From Candidatus Paceibacter sp. (GTDB taxonomy: Bacteria; Patescibacteriota; Minisyncoccia; UBA6257; JAGOQP01): 64,000 nucleotides of DNA. The position numbers and the translations under genes are program-made. The notes under the pieces were generated by a model, which saw nothing but the letters and a program-made list of their open reading frames with translations, ran no database searches and was not told the DNA's origin. The stretch is from positions 65,866 to 129,865 of the forward strand of contig DYGB01000001.1 of assembly GCA_020724905.1 (NCBI GenBank), in the 5' to 3' direction. This document shows, piece after piece, positions 39,302-47,673 of the stretch; the first letter of the stretch is position 1, and each line of letters opens with the position of its first letter.

Positions 39302-40171
39302 TTAGAGTGTTTGTTCAGATTTTTGGAAATCCTTCTGTTTAAGACGAATAAATGAATTGGGACCCCCACTTCCCAGTCGCTCAACAAGATTCTTCTCCAC
39401 AAGACTCTGAATATCATACCGTAATGTCCGATTACTAATGTCTGGCAATATATCTGAGATATCACTCATATGACACAACGATCTATCCTTCAAAAGAGAC
39501 AAAATAACCTGCTTTCTCTCTACCGATGAGATTTTGCCATATACAGGAGATTTGTTGCCAGACTTTGCCGGACTCTCATTGCCAGACTTTGCCGGACTTT
39601 TCTCCTCATATACTTTGTTTGCCAGACTTTTCTTTATACTATCGACATTGCCAGACTTTGCCGGACTCTTTAAAGAGTCTTTTTCAAGCCCTCTTGGAAT
39701 ATCATCATTGCCAGACTTTCCACTAAAGGAAACAAAGTCTCTCTCCTCTTTCTTCTCTTTATTCTTGCCAGACTCAGGTGAAGGAGGGAGTGCGGTAAAA
39801 AGAGTACTTAAATCAATTTCAACAGGTTCATTGCCATACCCCTCATGTTTCTTGCCAGACTCATGGATATGGTTCTTAAGATTCTGGGTTTCTCGAAGGA
39901 GTACTTTTGCATTCTCAGGGGCAATATCTCCAATACGATATCCAAGGGTAATACCCTGTTCAAGTAAGATAAGTGATTCTAATGATTGTTCTCTAAAAAA
40001 TAAAAGCGCCCGTTCTTCAAGAAGCGCCTTAAAAGACATTCGGTGAGAAACCTCTGCAACACGAAATGCTGCCCACACGACCTCAAATGATCGCTGGATA
40101 AAAAAATCATGTGAGGAGTGAATGTCGTTCATGTCCACTACAATACTATGCAAAAGAAAAAACGTCAACAC
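39302..40171 (-). CDS. Putative DNA-binding protein with a C-terminal winged-HTH (DeoR/HTH_11-like) and a central SPAKSGN oligopeptide repeat tract
   Basis: C-terminus ...ISNRTLRYDIQSLVEKNLVERLGSGGPNSFIRL. The repeats SPAKSGNVDS / SPAKSGNESPAKSGNKSP are encoded by the DNA repeat TTGCCAGACTTTGCCGGACT. Confidence 0.5.
   Translation of the reverse strand: MLTFFLLHSIVVDMNDIHSSHDFFIQRSFEVVWAAFRVAEVSHRMSFKALLEERALLFFREQSLESLILLEQGITLGYRIGDIAPENAKVLLRETQNLKNHIHESGKKHEGYGNEPVEIDLSTLFTALPPSPESGKNKEKKEERDFVSFSGKSGNDDIPRGLEKDSLKSPAKSGNVDSIKKSLANKVYEEKSPAKSGNESPAKSGNKSPVYGKISSVERKQVILSLLKDRSLCHMSDISDILPDISNRTLRYDIQSLVEKNLVERLGSGGPNSFIRLKQKDFQKSEQTL
39555..39870. repeat. Short degenerate direct repeats (TTGCCAGACT, seven copies; 20-mer TTGCCAGACTTTGCCGGACT three copies) within the coding sequence
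   Basis: Counted directly in the sequence between 39555 and 39861. Confidence 0.7.
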
Positions 40172-40429
40172 ACAAGTTATCCACAGAAAGAAATATCAAC
40201 GATGAAAATACTATTTATCATTATAATCCATATGACGGGTTATAACGGATTGTAACGATAAACAGGACTCACGCAATGAAAATGTAACACATATATATGT
40301 TTGATAAATTTTTACATAAAGATATACTAAGCATGTCTTCTGGTTTTTAACTAGAAGGGTATCACATCCAAGAAACACTCTCTGAGAAGAGGGTGTTTTA
40401 TTTTTATACCATTAAGAAAAAGATCGCTA

Positions 40430-40475
40430 TATAAAAAAGGGGGCCTTAGGTACGTAACCGTTCGGGCCCCTTTTC
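40430..40475 (-). terminator. Rho-independent terminator downstream of the 2-hydroxyacid dehydrogenase gene
   Basis: GGGGGCC...GGGCCCC GC-rich stem followed on the minus strand by TTTTTTATATAG. Confidence 0.5.
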
Positions 40476-40520
40476 GTCTTAATATTTATATAGTAACAGA
40501 TCAGTATATTTTTTCAAACA

Positions 40521-41534
40521 CTACTTCACCTCATCAACAAGTGTCCCCTTTTCAAAAAATGAAACAATGTTTGCAATATCTCCATCATAAATTCTCTGTT
40601 TTGCTTCACGAGTATTAAACGCAGTATGTGGAGTGATAACAACATTCTCCATATCCATTAATAGATGGTTGGCAACAACAGCACGAAGATCATGTCCTTC
40701 ATCTTTTCGAAGTAAAAATCCCATCTCATCTTTTACCACTCCTTCCTCTTCTAATACATCAAGACCAGCTCCTCCAAGATGTCCACTACTCAACACTTCA
40801 ACTAATCCAGTCGTTTCAACTAACGCACCTCGTGCGGTATTGATAAGTAACGCACCCTTCTTCATAGAAAAGAGTTTCTCTCTATCAAGTATATGATGCG
40901 TAGCATCAGTGTAGGGAAGATGAAGGGTCACTACATCAGATACAGAAAGTAATTCTTCAAGAGATACATATGAAATACCAACCTCCTTCCCATACACCTC
41001 ATCAGGAAATGCATCAAACGCAACAATACGCATATCAAATCCTTGAGCCATACGAATAACATGACGTCCAATACGTCCTGTTCCAATCACCCCAAGTGTT
41101 TTTCCTTTCAAATCAAACCCCTCAAGGCCTTCAAAAGAAAATTCACTTGTTTCCTTTATCCGATCAACAGCAGGAAACAATTTACGTGAAAGAGTAAGGA
41201 TAAGACCAAAGGCAAACTCAGCTACCGTATGTTCTCCATAGTGAGGAACATAGCCAACTCGTACTCCCTTTTCCTTGCAGGCCTCTATATCAATATGGTT
41301 AAACCCTGTAGAACGAGTCGTAATCAAAGAAAGCGAAGGAAAGGCATCTAGCACCTCCTGATCAACACTAGATCCAACAAAGATGGAAAGCCCATCATAT
41401 GAACGTGTATCAGGAAGGTGATCTTTATCTAAAGGTCCCTCATAGATATCAACGCTAAAGCCCTTCTCTTCAAGAGCTTTTTTCATATAGGATGATCCCC
41501 ATCCAATAGACTGAAACAATGCAATAGATTTCAT
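40521..41534 (-). CDS. D-isomer-specific 2-hydroxyacid dehydrogenase (D-lactate/phosphoglycerate dehydrogenase family)
   Basis: NAD-binding motif GKTLGVIGTGRIGRHV and catalytic-domain blocks. 337 aa. Confidence 0.85.
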   Translation of the reverse strand: MKSIALFQSIGWGSSYMKKALEEKGFSVDIYEGPLDKDHLPDTRSYDGLSIFVGSSVDQEVLDAFPSLSLITTRSTGFNHIDIEACKEKGVRVGYVPHYGEHTVAEFAFGLILTLSRKLFPAVDRIKETSEFSFEGLEGFDLKGKTLGVIGTGRIGRHVIRMAQGFDMRIVAFDAFPDEVYGKEVGISYVSLEELLSVSDVVTLHLPYTDATHHILDREKLFSMKKGALLINTARGALVETTGLVEVLSSGHLGGAGLDVLEEEGVVKDEMGFLLRKDEGHDLRAVVANHLLMDMENVVITPHTAFNTREAKQRIYDGDIANIVSFFEKGTLVDEVK

Positions 41535-42137
41535 CTATTTATCCATTTTTGTCTTAATAATGGTATCAATAATACCATATTTCACCGCCTCATCAGAAGA
41601 TAGATAAAAGTCTCTATCAGTATCATTTTCAATCTTTTGAAGTTTCTGACCAGTATGACGAGCTAATATCTCGTTAAGGCGCTTTTTAATCTTGATAATC
41701 TGTTTTGCGGTAATTTCAATTTCAGATGCCTGTCCTTCAGCTCCTCCCATAACCTGGTGAAGCATAATCTCAGAGTTAGGAAGTGCAAATCGCTTCTTTT
41801 TAGCACCAGCCCCGAGAAGAACAGCTCCCATAGAAGCAGCAATACCAACACAGATAGTAGAAACATCAGGTTTCACATGTTGCATCGTGTCATAGATAGC
41901 AAGACCAGCAGTCACTGACCCTCCAGGACTATTGATATAGATCTGAATATCTTTTTTAGAATCATCATGATCAAGTAACAGAAGCTGAGCAATAACGGTG
42001 TTTGCAACCTCGTCACTAATAACGCCTCCAATAAAGATAATACGCTCCTTTAATAACCGTGAGTAAATATCATACGCACGTTCTCCAAACTGGTTTTTGT
42101 CCACCACCATAGGAACTAAATTCATAGCACGTAACAA
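41535..42137 (-). CDS. clpP: ATP-dependent Clp protease proteolytic subunit
   Basis: ...[21 protein letters not shown]...[15 protein letters not shown]... is the classic ClpP Ser-His-Asp core. 200 aa. Confidence 0.9.
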   Translation of the reverse strand: MLRAMNLVPMVVDKNQFGERAYDIYSRLLKERIIFIGGVISDEVANTVIAQLLLLDHDDSKKDIQIYINSPGGSVTAGLAIYDTMQHVKPDVSTICVGIAASMGAVLLGAGAKKKRFALPNSEIMLHQVMGGAEGQASEIEITAKQIIKIKKRLNEILARHTGQKLQKIENDTDRDFYLSSDEAVKYGIIDTIIKTKMDK

Positions 42138-42167
42138 TTACTTATATATAGTATAGCAGAAAAAGAA

Positions 42168-43505
42168 CTATTCTTTTTCTTCCTCCTCTTCAGAGGACTC
42201 TTCTTTTGTTTCTTCTTCCTCTACCACTTTTTCAGTTTCTTTGTCCTCTACTTTCTCTTCTTTGGAAGATTCCTCATCTGAAGATGATTCTCCTTGTGGA
42301 GATCGATCCGCAAGGATTTCTTCTCCTTCTTCATTGATAACAGATGCAGCTGCAGCATCAGCGGTATCAGCAATACCTTCTTCTTGTACCTGTTCAGGAT
42401 TTGCCTGAGAACGAATATCAATACGAGCACCAGTTAACTTTGCTGCTAATCGTACATTCTGTCCCCGCTTTCCAATCGCAAGACTCAACTGATCATCAGG
42501 AACAAGAACGCGAGCTTCCTTTTCTCCAATAAGTTCAACGGTAGTAACAGTAGCAGGAGAAAGAGATGCAGCGATATAGCTCTCAAGATCTTCAGACCAT
42601 TCAACGATATCAATCTTCTCAGCTCCAATCTCACTATTCACTGCCATCACACGAGCTCCTCGCTGTCCCACACATGATCCCACAGGATCAACACCATCTT
42701 CATCAGTATACACAGCCACTTTACTGCGACTTCCTGGTTCTCTGATAACTTCTTTTATCTCCACAACACCATCAGCAATCTCAGGAACTTCAAGTTCAAA
42801 GAGTTTGGTAATGAAATGTGGGTGTGAACGAGATAGAACAAGATTTGGACCCCGTCCTCCATCTTGTACACGGAGTAGATAAAACTTTAATCGCTCACCA
42901 ATACGATATCGTTCCCCTGGAATTGCTTCAGTATAGTGCATCATTCCAGAAGCACGTCCTAAATCAACAAACACATTTCCTCGCTCAACGCGTTGCACCA
43001 CTCCACTCACTAAATCACCAATTTTGTCTTCAAATTCAGATCGAATAGCATCTTTTTCTATCTCACGAAGCTTTTGAAGTACTACCTGCTTTGCAGTCTG
43101 AGCTGCAATACGCCCAAAATCAGCCTCAGGAGCAGGAAGCGGGAAGGAAATCTCATCACCAAGGGAAACGTCCTCCTTTTCCTTTTTTGCCTCCTCAAGG
43201 AGGATATGTCTATCAGGATTGTAGAGGGGAAGCTGTTCTTCATCATCAGCTACCTCAACTACCTCTTCTCCCTCTAGAGGAAATCGAACAGTAGTATCAT
43301 CTACTACTGTTTTTACCTGGGTAAAGACAACATCTCCTGTTTTCTCATTTAATACGGCACGAACAATTTCTCCTCGTTTCCCATACTCTTTCTTGTATGC
43401 AGAAGCTAAGGCTGCTTCAACAGCATCAAGCACATCTTGTCGATCAAGATCTTTCTCTGCTGCTAATTGTTCAATTGCTTTATGTAATGTTTTTATATCA
43501 AGCAT
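42168..43505 (-). CDS. nusA: Transcription termination/antitermination factor NusA, with an acidic E/S-rich C-terminal tail
   Basis: N-terminal domain, S1 domain and two KH domains (...AIGKRGQNVRLAAKLTGARIDI...). C-terminal tail EEEETKEESSEEEEEKE. Confidence 0.9.
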   Translation of the reverse strand: MLDIKTLHKAIEQLAAEKDLDRQDVLDAVEAALASAYKKEYGKRGEIVRAVLNEKTGDVVFTQVKTVVDDTTVRFPLEGEEVVEVADDEEQLPLYNPDRHILLEEAKKEKEDVSLGDEISFPLPAPEADFGRIAAQTAKQVVLQKLREIEKDAIRSEFEDKIGDLVSGVVQRVERGNVFVDLGRASGMMHYTEAIPGERYRIGERLKFYLLRVQDGGRGPNLVLSRSHPHFITKLFELEVPEIADGVVEIKEVIREPGSRSKVAVYTDEDGVDPVGSCVGQRGARVMAVNSEIGAEKIDIVEWSEDLESYIAASLSPATVTTVELIGEKEARVLVPDDQLSLAIGKRGQNVRLAAKLTGARIDIRSQANPEQVQEEGIADTADAAAASVINEEGEEILADRSPQGESSSDEESSKEEKVEDKETEKVVEEEETKEESSEEEEEKE

Positions 43506-43736
43506 AGTATATGTAATTAAAAAGAAATCCGCATACTAAAGGCGGATTACACTATACAAAAACAGTATCAAAGAAGAAAAGAAAAGTCAATAAGATTTTT
43601 AGTTTTATATGGACCATATATAAAATACCCTTTCTTCCTAATTGTAGTAGATAGTTTTCAAAATATATTCTACTTACTCAACAGAATGAAGAAGTAAAGT
43701 CGTTTCTTTCGTCAATGGAATGAACAAGTAAGAAAA

Positions 43737-43788
43737 TATCCTTAATCGTATCATTTTAGGTGTTTAATCGTATCATTATGATACGATT
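43737..43788. promoter_or_regulatory. Direct repeat TTAATCGTATCATT (x2) plus the 23-bp perfect palindrome AATCGTATCATTATGATACGATT in the divergent nusA / ATPase intergenic region; putative operator
   Basis: Read directly from the sequence. A second inverted repeat, TTACTTATTA-N10-TAATAAGTAA, lies at 43849-43878 next to a TTGACT -35-like hexamer at 43834. Confidence 0.35.
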
Positions 43789-43911
43789 AGGCATGTTATC
43801 CAGGTAGTAAGATTTTAAGCCATATAAATGTTCTTGACTTCATTTTTACTTATTAGTATCATGTGTAATAAGTAAAAACAGTCATTTTTACTTATTATAA
43901 TAAGAAATATC

Positions 43912-45162
43912 ATGAAAAAAGAAGCATTAGAGAAACAACGTCGAGAACTTGAGATGTTAAAAAAACATCCTCTCATTACACGAGACATAACTGATTCAGT
44001 AAAGAAACACATGTCATCAAACCTCATGAAGGTTATTTTGGGACCTCGAAGAGCAGGAAAATCAATCTTCTCACTTCTTTTGCTTCAAGATAGGCCGTTT
44101 GGGTATGTTAATTTTGATGACGAGAGACTACTAGAAAATTTTGATGCAGATCAATTACTCGCTGATATACAATCTATGTATGGGAAGACCCCCTACCTTT
44201 TTCTTGATGAAATACAAAATCTTCCACAGTGGGAACTTATCGTAAACCGGCTACAACGAATGGGGCACAATCTTGTACTTACCGGTTCAAATGCAAATCT
44301 TCTCAGCAAAGAGCTTGCAACACACCTCACGGGAAGACACATCCCAATAGAGTTACTCCCTTTTAATTTCAATGAATATCAACGAGCAAAGAAACTAGTT
44401 GACCCACAGAGCACCACAACAGAGCTATTAGAATCATACATGCAGTATGGAGGATATCCTGAAATTACACTACAAAGAGCCGAACCAAAAGAATACCTAG
44501 GAAATTTGTTTGATTCATTAATTCTCAAGGACGTTGTACTCCGACACAATATTAGAAAGGTAGATTCTATAAAACGTATTGGTGAGTATATGATACATAC
44601 CACATCACAGCGCTTTAGCTTTAATAGTGTTGCTCGTGCACTTAATGAAAAAAGTGATGTAACAGTAGGTAAATATATCTCTTATTTCTCAGACGCATAT
44701 ATAACGCTACCACTTAGCCAGTATTCCCATAGCCCTAAGAAAAGATCACGGGGAATACAAAAAGCATATGTAATAGATAATGGATTTATATTTTCTAAAA
44801 GTATCTCAGCATCACATGATCAAGGAGTTTACCTTGAAAACCTTGTGCTAACTGAGTTTCTTAAAAAGGGATATACTATAAACGAAACTATCTTCTATTA
44901 TCAAACGAGGAATAATAAGGAGGTCGACTTCGTTATAAAACAAGGGAATTTATTCTCTCTTTTCCAAGTTTCATATGATATAACAAATCCTGCCACAGAA
45001 AAGAGAGAGGTCCTTGCACTTCTTGAAGCCGCAGAGGAGCTAAAAACTAATGACTTAACCATCATTACAAGAAACACAGATAAAACTATACAAAAGAACG
45101 GAAAAGAAATTCGATGCATATCCCTTAAAACGTGGCTCTCCCAACTTCATACAACTGATTGA
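43912..45162 (+). CDS. AAA_14 / DUF4143-family ATPase (archaeal-type ATPase-like)
   Basis: Walker A GPRRAGKS and Walker B FLDEIQ, plus a C-terminal DUF4143-like region. 416 aa. Confidence 0.7.
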   Translation: MKKEALEKQRRELEMLKKHPLITRDITDSVKKHMSSNLMKVILGPRRAGKSIFSLLLLQDRPFGYVNFDDERLLENFDADQLLADIQSMYGKTPYLFLDEIQNLPQWELIVNRLQRMGHNLVLTGSNANLLSKELATHLTGRHIPIELLPFNFNEYQRAKKLVDPQSTTTELLESYMQYGGYPEITLQRAEPKEYLGNLFDSLILKDVVLRHNIRKVDSIKRIGEYMIHTTSQRFSFNSVARALNEKSDVTVGKYISYFSDAYITLPLSQYSHSPKKRSRGIQKAYVIDNGFIFSKSISASHDQGVYLENLVLTEFLKKGYTINETIFYYQTRNNKEVDFVIKQGNLFSLFQVSYDITNPATEKREVLALLEAAEELKTNDLTIITRNTDKTIQKNGKEIRCISLKTWLSQLHTTD

Positions 45163-45277
45163 TATAATATTCTATTTTCTGGTTGCACTACAAATAAAGC
45201 CTCACGCGCAACTAAACTCACTGTAAAACATAAGGTTTTCCATTGAGTCAAAGTAAAAAATCATCTACAATACATAT

Positions 45278-45643
45278 ATGAAAAGTATAGGAAGATTACT
45301 TATCTATCTGGTCGCAAATGCTATTGGAATAGGAATCGCAGCCTATTTTATTGAAGGGGTCAGTATTGATCCTACTATTGAGGCATACCTCAAAGCAGCA
45401 GCCCTCCTTACTATTGGAAACCTCCTAGTGCGTCCTATTCTAAAGATTGTCCTTGGGCCACTCATTATTATTACCCTCGGACTCGGAATTATTGTGGTAA
45501 ATGCACTCATCCTCTATGGAGTAGACTATATCAGTACCGATATCACCATCACTGGACTTTATCCGCTTGTCTATGCTACACTCATCCTCGCAGTGATAAA
45601 CGGAGTATTTTCATATTCCGCCAAAAAAACACAAAACCTTTAA
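45278..45643 (+). CDS. DUF360 / phage-holin-4_2 family small membrane protein
   Basis: 121 aa with 4 TM helices and the pattern ...VRPILKIVLGPLIIITLGLGIIVVNALILY..., typical of the YvlD/DUF360 family. Confidence 0.55.
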   Translation: MKSIGRLLIYLVANAIGIGIAAYFIEGVSIDPTIEAYLKAAALLTIGNLLVRPILKIVLGPLIIITLGLGIIVVNALILYGVDYISTDITITGLYPLVYATLILAVINGVFSYSAKKTQNL

Positions 45644-45646
45644 TTT

Positions 45647-45871
45647 ATGGATATTACATCGATTCTCTCTATCGCACAGCTTGTTATTGCGGTTCTCCTC
45701 ATCATCCTTGTTCTTCTTCAAGAACGTGGAGGAGGGGTAGGAGCAGCATTTGGAGGTGGTGATAGTGGATTCCAGACACAACGACGTGGTATGGAAAAGT
45801 GGACCTACAGTGCAACTATTGCAGGACTCATACTGTTTGCAGCGCTTTCGCTTGCATTGCTCCTGCTCTAA
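45647..45871 (+). CDS. secG: Preprotein translocase subunit SecG
   Basis: 74 aa with 2 TM helices around the conserved LLQERGGGVGAAFGGGDSGF glycine-rich loop. Confidence 0.8.
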   Translation: MDITSILSIAQLVIAVLLIILVLLQERGGGVGAAFGGGDSGFQTQRRGMEKWTYSATIAGLILFAALSLALLLL

Positions 45872-45879
45872 GCTTAATC

Positions 45880-47559
45880 ATGAAAAAAACGTTCTCCTAC
45901 ATTCAGAAGATGTTCTCTTCTTTTTCACGAAAAGAGATTATTCTCTTCCTTACCGCTGCCATCTTTTTTGTGGCATCAAGTGTGCTTCTTACCGTTGCGC
46001 TTGTTGATGAATACACAATACAAACCCCTGGAAGTGGTGGAGAGCTCAAAGAAGGAGTTGTAGGGCAGATTAGCCTGATTAACCCTATCCTTGCTCAAGA
46101 CAATACTCCTGATGGAGATATTACCGCTCTCGTATTTGCCAACATCCCTACCATTGCAGAAAGCATCAAATACTCAGATGACTTTAAAACATGGAATGTG
46201 AGAATAAAAGAAGGTGCACAGTGGCACAATGGAACAGCTATTACCAGTGATGATATTATCTTTACCATCCAGACGGTAAAAAATCCTCAAACATCATCCC
46301 CCCTCTTTGATGTATGGAAGAATATATCAGTTCAACGTATTAGTGAACGAGAGGTTGAATTTCAACTCCTTGATTCATACGCACTCTTTGAAAACATTCT
46401 TCGAGAACTACGACCAGTACCAAAACAGTTATTCGCTGATATTGCTCCTGCAAACATAAAACTCTCAGTGTATAACCTACGTCCTTTGGGAAGTGGACCT
46501 TATACATACAAAGAACTCACGAAGCGTGATGATGGCTTTATCAGCTCATATACACTCAGTGCAGCAGATACCTTCACCTATACAGAAAACTCTCCTCTTA
46601 TTAAAACCCTCACCTTTGTATTCTTCGAAAATGATTCACAACGTATCAATGCATTTAACAGTGGAGTAATTACCTCATTGGGAACATTTGATCCAGAGGT
46701 AATAGAAAGCATCTCTATTAAAAAGAATGTCTATGATATTGCAACACGACGATACTATGCACTCTTTTTCAATACCACCGCCTATGGCACACAGATATCA
46801 CAATCATTACGAGAAAACCTTATTCACAGTATAGACTCACAAGCTATTATCACAGACGTCTTTAACTCACATGCTGATTCTATCAGAGGACCACTTGATA
46901 GTATCATCCCTCCAAAAGAACAGAGTCCTTCTATTACTATCAATTTTGAAGAAAGTCTCTCTGAAGCAGGGTGGGAGAAAAGAGATGATACCTGGGGTCG
47001 TATGAATGGAGAAACCTGGGAAGAATTCTCTCCTACTATTACCGTTCCTGATACCCCACTTCTTACACGAACAGCACATCTTATCGCCTCACAATGGAAA
47101 CAGTATGGTATTGCTGCTCGTGTTGCTGTTGTCGACCCTCAGATTCTCTCAGATGATATCCTTCCTTCACGAAACTATGAAGTCCTCCTCTTTGGGAATA
47201 TTTTACTTAAAAACCCTGATCTATCATCATTCTGGCATTCAAATGAAATATTCCATCCAGGACAAAACTTCTCACTCCTCAAAGACAATACCCTCGATAC
47301 CCTTCTTGCTGAATTAAAACGATCCTATCCAGACACACAGGAATACACTGATCTTCTGAGTGGTATTAATGAGCAGATTCAATCTCATGCACCAGCTGCA
47401 TTCCTTCTTTCTCCTTACTATCTCTACATCACCTCTCCACAAATCCCTACCCCACTCTTCCCTCAAAAAATATCATTCACCCATGATCGATTTGAATACA
47501 TCACCTCATGGTATGTAAAAACAACACGAACCTTTAGTTCATCAAAAGATCTCCACTAG
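45880..47559 (+). CDS. Solute-binding protein family 5 (peptide/oligopeptide ABC-type substrate-binding protein), membrane-anchored; orphan
   Basis: Start chosen at MKKTFSY (45880), directly after secG. N-terminal TM anchor. The SBP_bac_5 region ...PILAQDNTPDGDITALVFANIPTIAES...DFKTWNVRIKEGAQWHNGTAITSDDIIFT... matches the family pattern. No permease or ATPase gene is adjacent. Confidence 0.7.
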   Translation: MKKTFSYIQKMFSSFSRKEIILFLTAAIFFVASSVLLTVALVDEYTIQTPGSGGELKEGVVGQISLINPILAQDNTPDGDITALVFANIPTIAESIKYSDDFKTWNVRIKEGAQWHNGTAITSDDIIFTIQTVKNPQTSSPLFDVWKNISVQRISEREVEFQLLDSYALFENILRELRPVPKQLFADIAPANIKLSVYNLRPLGSGPYTYKELTKRDDGFISSYTLSAADTFTYTENSPLIKTLTFVFFENDSQRINAFNSGVITSLGTFDPEVIESISIKKNVYDIATRRYYALFFNTTAYGTQISQSLRENLIHSIDSQAIITDVFNSHADSIRGPLDSIIPPKEQSPSITINFEESLSEAGWEKRDDTWGRMNGETWEEFSPTITVPDTPLLTRTAHLIASQWKQYGIAARVAVVDPQILSDDILPSRNYEVLLFGNILLKNPDLSSFWHSNEIFHPGQNFSLLKDNTLDTLLAELKRSYPDTQEYTDLLSGINEQIQSHAPAAFLLSPYYLYITSPQIPTPLFPQKISFTHDRFEYITSWYVKTTRTFSSSKDLH

Positions 47560-47645
47560 CTCGGGTGGTGAAACTGGTAGACACGCAGCGTTCAGAGCGC
47601 TGTAGGAATTATCCTGTGGGAGTTCAAATCTCCCCCCGAGCACAC
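47560..47645 (+). tRNA. tRNA-Leu (anticodon CAG), type II with a long variable arm
   Basis: Cloverleaf folded by hand. Acceptor GCTCGGG/CCCGAGC. D-arm GTG-AAACTGGTAGA-CAC. Anticodon stem CAGCG/CGCTG with loop TTCAGAG. Variable arm TAGGAATTATCCTGTG. T-arm GGGAG-TTCAAAT-CTCCC. Discriminator A. CCA is not encoded. Confidence 0.85.
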
Positions 47646-47673
47646 ATTACTTATATAACTAATTATCCTATTT

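Noticed and set aside
39555-39870. Possible CRISPR-like array (short direct repeats with spacers)
   Set aside because: The repeats are 10-20 bp, degenerate, irregularly spaced and in-frame inside a CDS, and no cas genes are present. The 324-bp tandem repeat at 11184-11772 is likewise coding, not CRISPR.
39534-40046. 170-aa plus-strand ORF with LPDFAGL repeats
   Set aside because: This is the mirror reading of the TTGCCAGACTTTGCCGGACT repeats. The minus-strand ORF has the HTH domain and better context.
42138-42167. AT-only inverted repeat AGAAAAAGAA/TTCTTTTTCT between nusA and clpP as a terminator
   Set aside because: The stem contains no G-C pairs and the genes are co-directional with a 30-nt spacer. 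It is more likely the intergenic RBS region of an operon.
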